A stretch of 64,000 nucleotides of DNA from Macrostomum lignano (lineage: Eukaryota), in assembly GCA_002269645.1 (NCBI GenBank), contig NIVC01002687.1, positions 85,757 to 149,756 on the forward strand, in the 5' to 3' direction. The translations under genes were made by a program, and so were the position numbers. Numbering within the stretch: the first letter of the stretch is position 1; the number at the start of each line of letters is the position of its first letter. The notes under the pieces are model-generated. The model was not told where the DNA came from. It did not search any database and worked only from the letters and a program-made list of their open reading frames with translations. This document shows positions 12,475-24,558 of this stretch, piece by piece.

Positions 12475-12840
12475 CCCCCTTTCAAATCTCCTCTCAAATC
12501 CCCCTCAAATTCCCACTCTCAGATCTCCCTATCAAAACCCCTCTCAAATCTCCCCCTCTCAAATCCACCTCTCAAATCTCCCTTTCTCAAATCCCCCTCT
12601 CAAATCCCCGTCTCAAATTCGCCCTCTCAAATCCCCCTCTCAAACCCCCTCTCAAATCCACCTCTCAAACTCCCCTTCTCAAATCTTATCCTCTCAAATC
12701 TCCCCGCTTTCATCTCCCCCTCTTTAATATCTTCTCTCTCTAATCTCCTCTCCAAATCTCCATCCTCTCTAATCTCCATCCTCTCTAATCTCCCCCTCTC
12801 GAATCTCTTCGCCTTTCCAATCTCTACCCTCTCAAATCTC
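12475..12840. repeat. Degenerate ~13-bp repeat CTCTCAAATCCCC
   Basis: Repeated CTCTCAAAT cores. Confidence 0.85.
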
Positions 12841-13400
12841 CCCTTCTCATCAATGTCTCTGCTCCGTCAACAAGACTCAATGCTGAGCGTCCCTCAGCCT
12901 GAATGCACTTGCGCGATCGGCGCCCTGTTGCATGGTCAGCCAACCCCAGCCCGAGCGTGGGGTCGGTTCCGCCCTCTGCCATTTGGGGGCTGACTGCATG
13001 CAGACTTCTCAATCTGGCAGTTATTGCCTCCGTCTGGCTGCTCAACTGGCAATCAGGCAGATTGGCGTATTTACTCAGTCTGAATATATTATTGCCAGAA
13101 ATTGATATTATTTATACGAGTACACTGAAGTTACCGCTTTGACAGGCACTTGGCCGGAAATGATTTATGATCACTATGGCCGATCATTAGCAAGATGATG
13201 TGTTAGAGCAATAAGTACTCAATGCATCTTTAATATTTTATGAACATTTTGCATCAAGGGGATACACTAATTTAACTGCTCTAGTTGAAATCATAAGACT
13301 GACTCGCAAATTGCTCTACTTGTAAGTAGCATTCTGCAGACACAATATTTCAAATTTCAGTCACAGTAGAAAATTTTTTTCTAGAGAAAATTTTCTCTAC

Positions 13401-13684
13401 GAAGAGAAAGCCATGGACCTCTAAACCAAGAAGGATCTGGATTAGAAAAACGCTCATATAAGTAACTCTCGTGTCTTGGACCGCAACATCTAATTTCAAT
13501 GAACAGGTTAGACACTAATTTAAAAAGCCTTGAAACTGAGATATTGACAAGCCAATGCATTTTTATGCTGAAGTTAAGGTTTTTAAGTGGTAATCCGGTA
13601 ATCTGGCCAGACTCTGGCTCTGAAGGAGCACCTTGGCATGGCTTAAGTCTACAGGTACTCGATAAATAGCCACGGTTCTGCCTT
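13401..13684 (+). repeat. Direct repeat copy 1 (~285 bp; copy 2 at 14802-15099)
   Basis: GAAGAGAAAGCCATGGACCTCTAAACCAAGAAGG...CACGGTTCTGCCTT is present twice with a few substitutions and small indels. Confidence 0.9.
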
Positions 13685-13817
13685 TTTATTACTGTTTCGG
13701 AGAAATCATTTTTAGTTCAAAAATACAAGCTGAAGCATTCGTTCTTTTCGGGTGTGTAACTAATCTTTGACGGTGTCTAACATTTTTCTCAAATCTATCT
13801 AACAGGTGACAACTGCC

Positions 13818-14568
13818 TCTAACATGTTACAGTTAGGAGTGTCTAACATGCTACGAATAACAGTGTCTAACATGTTGCAATTAACAGTGTCTAACATGTT
13901 ACGAATAACAGTGTCTAACATGTTACAACTATCAGTGTCTAACATGTTACGAATAACAGTGTCTAACATGTTACAACTATCAGTGTCTAACATGTTACGA
14001 ATAACAGTGTCTAACATGTTACGAATAACAGTGTCTAACATGTTACGAATAACAGTGTCTAACCTGTTACAACTATCAGTGTCTAACATGTTACGAATAA
14101 CAGTGTCTAACATGTTACGAATAACAGTGTCTAACATGTTACGAATAACAGTGTCTAACATGTTACGAATAACAGTGTCTAACCTGTTACAACTATCAGT
14201 GTCTAACATGTTACGAATAACAGTGTCTAACATGTTACGAATAACAGTGTCTAACATGCTACGAATAACAGTGTCTAACATGTTACGAATAACAGTGTCT
14301 AACATGTTACAACTATCAGTGTCTAACATGTTACGAATAACAGTGTCTAACATGTTACGAATAACAGTGTCTAACATGCTACGAATAACAGTGTCTAACA
14401 TGTTACGAATAACAGTGTCTAACATGTTACAACTATCAGTGTCTAACATGTTACGAATAACAGTGTCTAACATGTTACGAATAACAGTGTCTAACATGTT
14501 ACGAATAACAGTGTCTAACATGCTACAATTATCAGTGTCGAACATGTTACATAACTGTGTCTAACATT
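13818..14568. repeat. Minisatellite, 24-bp unit GTGTCTAACATGTTACGAATAACA
   Basis: Visible periodicity (8-aa pseudo-ORFs). Confidence 0.97.
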
Positions 14569-14801
14569 ACAAACACCTGTGTTTGGAGTGTATCAATTTA
14601 GGACTTCTTACACTCGCAGGTAGAGTAAGCTAAATTAGACCATTCCAAAGTCGAGCTTCAACATCAGAACACGCGCTACATCAGCCTCAGCTGTCTGTCA
14701 CCCCGATAAATCTTGAATCTGCTGCCTGGCCAAGCAGCCAACTGGGCCCAAAATTTCGCACGAATCTTTGTTTGCACTCCAAAGTCGCGATAGAGATTCT
14801 A

Positions 14802-15099
14802 GAAGAGAAGCCATGGACCTCTAAACCAAGAAGGATCTGGATTAGAAAAACGCTCATATAAGTAACTCTCGTGTCTGGGACCGCAACATCTGGTTTCAAT
14901 GAACAGGTTAGCAGACCAGACACTAATTAAATAAGTATTGAAACTGAGATACTGACAAGCCAATGCATTTTTATCCTGAAGTTAAGGTTTTTAAGTGGTA
15001 ATCCGGTAATCTGGCCAGACTCTGTCTCTGAATTATGAAGGAGCACCTTGGCATGGCTTAAGTCTACAGGTACTCGATAAAAATTCACGGTTCTGCCTT
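14802..15099 (+). repeat. Direct repeat copy 2
   Basis: See 13401-13684. Confidence 0.9.
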
Positions 15100-15344
15100 A
15101 TCGAATGGCAAACAGTTTTTCATTCCAAGGTTTTTGGGGGGAAGTAAAATAGTTTGTCCAAATGCAGCACCGACTTTGCAGTTGAGAAGCTGCGGTACTT
15201 CGATTGTGGGAAGCCACATCCTATATTTTAGGCCACGTCATCAGTAACTGCAAAAGCTGCACAATGGCCCTAAACAACTTTTTAGTTTATGGGTGTGGCA
15301 TTCTTAGAAATAACGAGTACTTTAGAGTCCTCGGAGTGTAGAAT

Positions 15345-15627
15345 CACAGAACTGCCATTTGAGGACATGGGTGTGGGATCAGAGAACTGCTATTTGAGGA
15401 CATGGGTGTGGGATCAGAGAACTGCCATTTGAGGACATGGGTGTGGGATCAGAGAACTGCCATTTGAGGACATGGGTGTGGGATCAGAGAACTGCCATTT
15501 GAGGACATGGGTGTGGGATCAGAGAACTGCCATTTGAGGACATGGGTGTGGGATCAGAGAACTGCCATTTGAGGACATGGGTATGTGATCAGAGAACTGC
15601 CATTTGAGGACATGGGTGTGGGATCAA
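15345..15627. repeat. Minisatellite, 35-bp unit GAGAACTGCCATTTGAGGACATGGGTGTGGGATCA, ~8 copies
   Basis: Visible periodicity. Confidence 0.95.
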
Positions 15628-15933
15628 AAAAACTAACCTTAGTCATGGTTGAGTGATCGAAAAAGTGATTTAAAGTGCGACTATCACCTAAAGCTGGGTT
15701 TCTAGGACTATAAGTTGCACTGAATAGATACGGCGGCCTTCCCATTGGTTCAGACGTGAGGCTCAGAGTCTGCCCGTCCCGCCCCCTCCCCCAGTCCAGC
15801 TCTCAAGATGCCAGTCGCGGGAGGCGCCAAGACTCCGGCAAGCGCCGCATCAAGCCAGCCATCGAAGCCGCGTCAGCAACGGAAACCATCGAACAACAGC
15901 AGCGGCAGCAGCAGTCGGGCAGCTTCAACACCG

Positions 15934-18900
15934 ATGGGAAACGGGGCCGGCCTCAGTTCCGGTGGCAGCCGCAAGGTGACGCTTGACGGGGTTGCCGTGC
16001 CGTCCGCAGAGCTCGCAGCCACCGTGACGCGGCTGAGGTTGGAGCGGCAGCGGCAGGCCGACCTCCTGGTCGAGGCGGAGGCGGCCAACAGGGAGCTGCG
16101 CAGGATGGTCGAACTGCAGCGACAGGAGATGGACGGCCTGAGGGCCGAGGCCAACAAGCTGAAGTCTGTGCTGGACCTCACGGTGGGCGCGGAGCCGGAA
16201 CTCGTCACCGAGGCGCTGCACGCCAAGACTGCGACAACGACGGCGGCGGCGACCACTACGGGTGGTCTCGGAGCTGCCGCAAGCGCCAGGGAGAGACTGA
16301 AAAAGCAGGGCGTCTCGGGCGAGTCCCTGGACTCGCAGCTGGGCGAGATCGAGCTGCGGCATCACGACAAGGATGAGCGGTGAGATGGGGGGTTAGGGCT
16401 GAGTGACAACTGCAGTGACTGAGTGACAATATTAGAGTGACAATATTGGAGTGACTGAGTGACAATATGAGATTGACTGAGTGGCAATATTGCAGTGACT
16501 GAGCGACAATATTAGAGTGACTGAGTGACAATTTTGGAGTGACCGAGTGACAATATTAGAGTGACTGTGTGACAATATCGAAGTGACTGAGTGACTGGAG
16601 TGACGGAATGACAAAATCGTTGCTCAATAAGACAAGATGGCAAACTGAATGAGGCAAGCCGTTCTCAGCTGGGCGGAGTGCCAGAGATTGGGATGGAGCG
16701 AGGGCGGAGAAAATTGGGGGAAAATTGAGTTTGGGATTGGCCAGCTGGATTTCAGATGGATTGGGCTGAGCAATTTATAACACCTGCGATCTTCTACAGT
16801 TTTATAAATCTATCTGCCATCTACACTGAGAGGGAGACAGGGAGAGGGAGACAGGGAGAGGGAGACAGGGAGATGGAGACGGGGACAGGGAGACAGGGAG
16901 AGGGAGATAGGTGAGGGAGATAGGGAGAGGTAGATAGGGAGAGAAGACAGGGAGAGAGAGACAGGGAGAGGGAGACAGGGAGAGAGAGACAGGGAGAGGG
17001 AGACAGGGAGAGGGAGACAGGGAGAGGGAGACAGGGAGAGAGAGACAGGGAGAGGGAGACAGGGAGAGGGAGACAGGGAGAGGGAGACAGGGAGAGGGAG
17101 ACAGGGAGAGGGAGACAGGGAGAGGGAGACAGGGAGAGGGAGACAGGGAGAGGGAGACAGGGAGAGGGAGACAGGGAGAGGGAGACAGGGAGAGGGAGAC
17201 AGGGAGAGGGAGACAGGGAGAGGGAGACAGGGAGAGGGAGACAGGGAGAGGGAGACAGGGAGAGGGAGACATAAGAGTGGACAGATGCGGAAGCTAAAGC
17301 TAGAACTCTCCTGTACTCACTTCTCCGGAACAGTGGGTACTGTATGCAGCTCACAGAACACTCTCGCACCGAGTCCGGTCTATTCAAAGTAAACTAACCG
17401 AGCTCCTAAAGTGCATGGGCATGCAGCTATAGGCAAAGCTTCAGTTCAGTTCCCATAATTTCCTGAAAGAATTTCTGACCCAGTCGACAAGGACTAGCTG
17501 GTGAATTATTTATGATCATTGATTAGCCTTTCAGTCCTCTGAACTCGCTTTATCTAAATATAAAGCCAATCGTTAGAAAACCTCGGCTTAGGATTTTTCA
17601 AAAGCACGAGTTTTTAAAGCATGGTTATTACTCATCTTAGTAGTGCATTGTGTGCCTAAGCAGCTCGCATCCTCACCTTGTCATCCGCAGCTCAAAGAAA
17701 CTAATTCGAGATGCCATTGTGAGCAACTCGCTGCTGCAGCACATGGAACCGCAACAACTGGACGAAATGGTAGCCTGCATGTACGCCAAAACTGTGCCGC
17801 CAGGGTGTCACGTGATTCGACAGGGCGAGAAAGGGCAGCACTTGTACGTGTGCTCGGGTGAGTGACGCTTGTGACTCTGCATGACTGTTGTAGGCTTACA
17901 CACGTAGTTGGATTGAAAGCACAGTATAATCAGAGTGACGGCAAGAGTGCTTATCAGAGTGACTACTAGAGTATTCATTAGAGTGACTGCTAGAGTGTTT
18001 ATCAGAGTGACTACTAGAGTGCTGATCAAAGTGACTACTAGAGTGCTTATCAGAGTGACTACTAGAGTGCTGATCAAAGTGACTACTAGAGTGCTGATCA
18101 GAGTGACTACTAGAGTGCTGATCAGAGTGACTACTAGAGTGCTGATCAGAGTGACAACTAGTGCTTATTAGAGTGAATACTAGAGCGCTCAACCTCTCCG
18201 TTCGCACCTGGTCACAGAGGGCCGGCTCGAGGTGACGCAGGACGGCAAGCGACTTGGCGCGGTGGGCCAAGGCATCGCGTTCGGCGAGCTGGCACTGCTG
18301 TACAACTGCACCAGGACTGCGTCAGTGAAGGGTGAGCTGCTGCTGTGGGCTGATTCTGCTGCTCTAAGAGCAATCAGTTTAGCTCGGGAAGAACTGAGTC
18401 ATGATGTGTTTTGTTGTGAAATGTAAAAAAGAACGAATAATTCAGATATGAAATTTATTAAAACCTTTCTTGTCTGTTTTCAAACAGTGGAAGATTCGGG
18501 TAAGAGCACCTGCGCCTAACTTTCAATTCTACATGTATCTCCACACTCCCTTCACTTCTCTCCCTTCACTTCACTTCTCTCCCTTCCCTTCACTTCTCTC
18601 CCCGTCTCCCTTCACTTCACTTCTCTCCCGTCTCCCTTCACTTCACTTCTCTCCCTTCCCTTCACTTCTCTCCCCTCACTTCCCATCTCTCCTCTCTCCT
18701 CCCTTCCCATCTCTTCTCTCTCCTCCCTTCCCTTCTCTGCCCTCTCCCTCAACTTCTCCCCTCTTCCTTCACTTCTCTCTCCTCTCCCTTCATTTTACAA
18801 TGCATGTCAACAAAGACACCTAGCTGACCTAGCTGAACACAAGCAATGTATGAATATTGGCTTCTACAAAACAGCTTCACACTGCCGTATGTATCTGTGA

Positions 18901-21900
18901 CATCATTGAGATGTAATTAGTGTAACTTTGCACTTTAAAAACTTGATTTGCAATTCTTAGTTCAGAAGATACACATACGTTTACAGCACTAATAATTTGC
19001 TGAATTCTAGCATGCTCCGAAGGCAGACAGATATTGCATTAAACCTATTTTCCATAATTTTTAGCCGAAAGTTCGGCAAAGCTGTGGTGCCTGGACCGCA
19101 CGGTGTTCAAGGCCATCATGATGAAGGCTGGACTGGAGAAGCAAAGCGATTATGTTGGATTTTTACGCAGGTACAACACCTGAATACAACACCATAGCTC
19201 CAGTAATCATAAACCATATCATTTGGGGGGAGCATAGCAGCTCAGGGGTACTCCTACATTATTATTCTATGTTATTAAATTACATTATTAATTAACTTAT
19301 TACATTCATTCTTTGCTCCCCAACGGGGGGCGTGATTAGTTAAATTATTACTCTTGGGCAAAAATGGAAACCAATTAATTTGTGTCTTTTTGCGCCCCCC
19401 AACGGGGGTGCTAAATGGCTAGTTATCTCACTAAAATCACTATAATAATTTGAATTTCAGCGTGCCGCTGCTAAAAAATCTAGACACTTCCAAGTTGAAT
19501 AAAATAGCGGACGCTATCGAAGAGGTAAGACGGTCATAATCCCGATAAAAATTTCCTTAACATTATTTTTTGGTAAATTAAATTCCATACTGTTATAATT
19601 ATACTTTACGAAAGGATTCGTTCGAGGCCGAGCAGTACATTGTACGCGAGGGCGAGACTGGCAACACGTTCTTCATCATTAAGGATGGCGTGGTGAGTTG
19701 CGATTTTGAGTCTGTGGTGACTCACTTAGGGACACTGGGGAGGGTAGGTGGTGACTCACTTAGGGACACTGGGGAGGGTAGGTGGTGACTCACTTAGGGA
19801 CACTGAGGAGGGTAGGTGGTGACTCACTTAGGGACACTGGGGAGGGTAGGTGGTGACTCACTTAGGGACACTGGGGAGGGTAGGTGGTGACTCATTTAGG
19901 GACACTGGGGAGGGTAGGTGGTGACTCATTTAGGGACACTGGGGAGGGTAGGTGGTGACTCATTTAGAGACACTAGGGAGGGTAGGTGGTGACTCACTTA
20001 GGGACACTGGGGAGGGTAGGTGGTGACTCACTTAGGGACACTGAGGAGGGTAGGTGGTGACTCACTTAGGGACACTGGGGAGGGTAGGTGGTGACTCATT
20101 TAGGGACACTGGGGAGGGTAGGTGGTGACTCATTTAGGGACACTGGGGAGGGTAGGTGGTGACTCATTTAGAGACACTAGGGAGGGTAGGTGGTGACTCA
20201 TTTAGGGACACTGGGGAGGGTAGGTGGTGACTCATTTAGGGACACTGGGGAGGGTATAGGTAGCTAGTGACACTCTGAGGGACACAGAGGAGGGCAGAAG
20301 CGGTGACAAGTACTCTTAGATATCAATACAGAAACCCTAGAGCTGCAATTGCTTTAAAGTCCTAAAAAATATGAAATTTCAGGTAAAAGTGACGCAAAAG
20401 GTGCACGGCGGCGCGCATCCTCAGTTGATTCGAGTACTCAAATCTGGCGATTACTTTGGCGAGAAAGCTTTGCTTGAGTGAGCCAATTAAGTGGGGTGGA
20501 CTTTAACTTGCATGCAGCTTGTTATTTACGAGTATGCTGATAAATAAACAAATTAAACCATATTTCCGACCAGGGAGGAACGGAGAACGGCTAATTGCAT
20601 AGCCGAAACGAAGGTCGAAGTGCTCACATTGGACCGGCTGTGAGAGAAATTCAGAAACTGATTTGCTCAGTAATCCACCTAGTCATCTTAATTAGAACGC
20701 CAATTTCTCCTAATCTATACCTCCATTTAGTTCGTTTATACACCTGATTGGCGACCTGTCTGAATTCAAGGAGAAAGTCTACGACGAAAACAGGCCGGGA
20801 AATCTCAGGTAGGTTCAGAGACGCTGTAAATTGAGTCAATCTGCATCTCTTGATAGGCCACAAAACGGAGAATTCTGTTTGGCAGCAAAAGTACTTGATG
20901 AGATGAGACAGGGGAGTGGAAACAAGCGGGATAAGGTGGTGAACACCTTCATAAAATAATTTTTAATCCCCTTCTGTTGCCTCTAGAAACTACGAGTATT
21001 TTCAGAGAGGTCTTCAAAAATAGCAAGAAAAAGAGTGCGAATTTTTCTGCATCGAGCAGGAATGAACTATAAACATATAGCTCCTGGCTTAAAGCACTTC
21101 ATGGTTTGAGAGTGCCTTTAAAAAGATAGTACGTTAGTAGTCAAAAGTTTTGACGACAATACAGTTTTGGTCATCAACACTTTTTAAATGGTGTTCAATT
21201 TAAGAGCTCAGCAGTGGTTCCGGAGATAACTTATCGAGATTCGAATTAATTTTGCATCGATTCTTTTCAGCGTAGCCTCAACAAACTCAGACGAGGCGTT
21301 CGCGGTGATCGAGCTGCACGATTTGCATTTCGAAGTCACCCTCGGCATGGGCGGATTCGGTCGGGTGGAACTGGTTTGCGGCGTCCGTTTTTATTTTTTT
21401 TAATTTGTTGCAATACTTAGAGCTGACAAAGTGAAAATATTATTCATCGAATCCAAAAGGTGACGTGGAAGGCCAACCCGGATGTGACATTCGCTTTGAA
21501 GTGCTTAAAGAAGCAGCATATTGTACACACACGACAGCAGGACCACATCTACTCGGAGAAGAATATCCTGATGAGTCTGAAGTCTAACTTTATTTGCAAG
21601 TGAGCACTCCGGAAAACCATTGAAATTCAAAGCTACAACTACTCGCGACTTTACATATTTGAATCAACCCCCACAACTGCAGGCTATACAAGACATTTAA
21701 AGACCGAAAGTACGTCTACATGCTGATGGAAGTCTGTCTGGGAGGCGAACTCTGGACCATGCTGAGAAATGTGTAAGCCGTGTGGAATGTTCCTCAATTT
21801 AACTACTGGCAATCGCAGTTAGAAGTGATAATTCCAATCAATTCAACTTCGCTTCGGAAATATTCTGCAAACGCCTTATCTTCTTGTTCTAGAGGAAACT

Positions 21901-23618
21901 TTGATGAACAGTTTATCATGGCCTGCGTACTTGAAGCGTTCCAGCATCTGCACGAGCGCGGCATAATCTACAGAGATTTGAAGCCAGAGAATCTGCTCCT
22001 GGATCATCGGGGATACGTCAAGCTGGTACGGTATCGTGATGCGCAGTGTTTACAGTTATATTCAATTTACCGGATGGTAGAACTTTTTACCAATTAAACA
22101 ATCGATCGAAACAATCGAAACAATCGATTAAACAGTGCGATTTCGGGTTTGCAAAAAAAATTGGCCACGGCAAGAAGACTTGGACTTTCTGTGGCACGCC
22201 GGAGTACGTCAGCCCGGAGATCATCTTGAACAAAGGTCACAGCTTTCCGGCGGACATCTGGCAGATTGGAGTGCTGCTGTTTGAGCTCATTAGTGGCAGG
22301 TGAGGGTTCTTTCAACGTCAGCTCGGCGGTGGATTTCGACACTACCTTGAGAATTACGAGCTAAGCTCTAGTCTACCCTGGATGCGCAGGCTATGATAGC
22401 AGCTCTGCGCTTTAGCTGTGTGGTACAAATACAGAGTGGTAGTTCGAGGCTCCCACATTGCCCAAACTGTACAAGCTGTAGAGGACAAGTACAAGCGTAC
22501 ATAGACCTTCGGAATCACCGCGCAATTGCAACGCGGCTACGTGCCTTTGGCCGCAAACTTAGCCACCTTAAAATGGGGCCAGGCAATGTTCCATTGTATA
22601 TTTGTTCTTTTGATATATCCTCAGCAACATCGAAAAGCCGCCACTCTATGCGCCAGTGAGCAATTTTTCTTGGACTATTCTGAAATAAAAGATAAGAGAT
22701 AACTGATCGGGGTAGCGTTAGTCCGTCCAACCCTCGCGCACCGCTCCCCCCAACTTCATTTCCCAACGCGTCTGCTGCTGCGGCGTAGCAGTTGCATCAC
22801 TCGCAAAGATTAGGAGACTTTACCTGCACTCTCAAAAGTGGCGACCACAGACGGAATCTTCTGCGACGGCGTCTTTTCGATGTTGCTGAATATACATAGT
22901 TAAACTTTAGAATGGAAAATAAACCAGAAATTCTTCAGACTTGATTTAAGGATGATTTCGTCTCGTATCTTAATGTCGGAATTTCTAAGCATCCACCGAA
23001 CTTTCCTGTGACTCCAATGAGATAATGGCTTGATATTATCTCACTGTTAGACACGATCTCAATAGGCAATTGAAGTTATCCAACCACACCCCGCCTCGAT
23101 CTGTTTAACAGTCCGCCATTCAACGCCCCGGATTCCATGAAAATCTACAACGTGATCCTTCGCGGCATCGAGGCTGTAGACTTTCCGGCTAGCATGAGCA
23201 AGGCTGCTCAGGGCCTCGTGAAGAAATTGTGCCGCGAGTCGCCCCAGGAGCGACTTGGCAGCGGAATTGGCGGCATCGCCGACATAAAAAAGCACAAATG
23301 GTTTCAAGGCTACGATTGGACTGGATTGTCAAGGATGTCGCTTGTGCCGCCACTGTCTCCGAAGGTAAATAAGGCAATTAGCTATTGACTGGTAGCTGAG
23401 AGCTGTTATCGTGTCTGACTCTCTTTGAACATTCTAAACATTAATCTGGGGCCTTTGCACAACGTTCAATCAGTATTTTTTTACGATTTGAATTATCCTT
23501 GTTTGTTTTATCTGTCTGGCAGATTAATAGTCCAACTGACGCGTCAAACTTTGACAAGTTCGAGTCGCGATCAAGCATTCCTCCGGATGAAACGTCTGGA
23601 TGGGACAAGGACTTCTAG
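15934..23618 (+). CDS. cGMP-dependent protein kinase (PKG, PRKG1/PRKG2/for family)
   Basis: Exons, all GT-AG and phase-compatible: 15934-16379, 17691-17857, 18218-18331, 19065-19170, 19461-19524, 19615-19692, 20383-20477, 20574-20639, 20731-20808, 21271-21373, 21460-21599, 21683-21772, 21893-22025, 22136-22299, 23112-23364, 23523-23618. Coiled coil, pseudosubstrate [44 protein letters not shown], kinase [38 protein letters not shown]-terminus [12 protein letters not shown]. An in-frame upstream ATG lies at 15808. Confidence 0.96.
16398..16606. repeat. Intronic minisatellite, ~22-bp unit GAGTGACAATATTAGAGTGACT
   Basis: Degenerate periodicity just after the PKG exon 1 donor. Confidence 0.85.
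16829..17270. repeat. Intronic purine-rich 14-bp array GGGAGAGGGAGACA
   Basis: Near-perfect periodicity. Confidence 0.96.
17930..18185. repeat. Intronic minisatellite, 24-bp unit CAGAGTGACTACTAGAGTGCTGAT
   Basis: Visible periodicity. Confidence 0.93.
18535..18790. repeat. Intronic polypyrimidine low-complexity tract (CCCTTCACTT-like)
   Basis: C/T-dominated degenerate repeat. Confidence 0.85.
19714..20270. repeat. Intronic minisatellite, 34-bp unit GGTGACTCACTTAGGGACACTGGGGAGGGTAGGT
   Basis: About 16 tandem units. Confidence 0.96.
22621..22708 (+). repeat. Dispersed ~90-bp repeat, copy A (others at 32568-32657 and 42421-42515)
   Basis: Shared AGCAACATYGAAAAG...CTCTATRCRCC.RTGAGCAATTT..TTGGACT.TTCTRAAA.AAAAGATA...AACTGAT. 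Confidence 0.85.
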
Positions 23619-24131
23619 AACCGGGTGGACCAATGCAGCTCCGGTACAAAGACTCAACGGATGATTAGAATGGATAGGCATTTATGAGCCAGCATCTGAC
23701 AAAATAATATGGTAATTCTAGTTGAGAAAAAAACAAAATATCATAATAATTGCACTAAGAGGAAAAAGATGAACAAACAACTGAGCATAAAAACTTTATA
23801 TTGTTACGGTGTATATATTTTTGAAACAGGCTTTGCGAATATTTATTATGAAATCAACCAATATTGCTGCGCAAAGAATGGCTTATCAAAGTATGCGATT
23901 TTGATTCAAATACACGTACGAGCGTATGCTCTTCTCTTCGCTTTGCTGGACAAATATAATTGCAGAAAACTATCATTGATAAGAAATTATTTTCAGTTCA
24001 ATGTCAGTGAAAGTTCATTTCAAATGCAATTTATTAAGTCAAATGATAAATTTGGGATGGAAATCAGTTAATATGATTCACATGCTAAAATATATGAATA
24101 AGCACACTGAGATAGGTTCAACTGGTGGGAC

Positions 24132-24281
24132 TCGGAGAGTGGATAAGCTATGGTTCCGTGAGAGCTATGGGTCTACGAGAGTGGATAAGCTATGGTTCCT
24201 GGAGTGGATATGCTATGGGTCTGGGAGAGTGGATAAGCTATGGTTCTGTGAGAGCTATGGGTCTACGAGAGTGATAAGCTT
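24132..24281. repeat. Short minisatellite, ~42-bp unit GAGAGTGGATAAGCTATGGTTCCGTGAGAGCTATGGGTCTAC, ~3.5 copies
   Basis: Visible periodicity; abuts the stop codon of the 92-aa ORF. Confidence 0.85.
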
Positions 24282-24558
24282 ATGGATTCAAGTCGGAGGC
24301 GCCGTTAGAAAATCTTAGTGCAGCCTCATTCATCGAGTCAGTGTGCTGCAACAGTATCGATTGAGCCTTTAAGAACTGGCTCTCAACAGATTGCATATCA
24401 GTTTTTCCCTCGACGCACTGGCGAGCACAGAGGTTAAACTCGTTAACTGCCAAGTTGCCATCTTCAATCATTTGGTTGAACGTTTTAAGCGCCTCCAATT
24501 TGGCTTCCTCTGTGCGTTTAATAGCTTTGCTAACAGTTGTTTTGCGCTTTGCCTCCAT
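24280..24558 (-). CDS. Small orphan protein, 92 aa, probably helical
   Basis: Non-repetitive ORF in AT-rich surroundings, good start context (ACAAAATGG) and protein-like amphipathic composition. No family recognised. Confidence 0.6.
   Translation of the reverse strand: MEAKRKTTVSKAIKRTEEAKLEALKTFNQMIEDGNLAVNEFNLCARQCVEGKTDMQSVESQFLKAQSILLQHTDSMNEAALRFSNGASDLNP

Noticed and set aside
23709-24071. 120-aa ORF after PKG
   Set aside because: AT-rich, 3'UTR-like composition with no homology signal.
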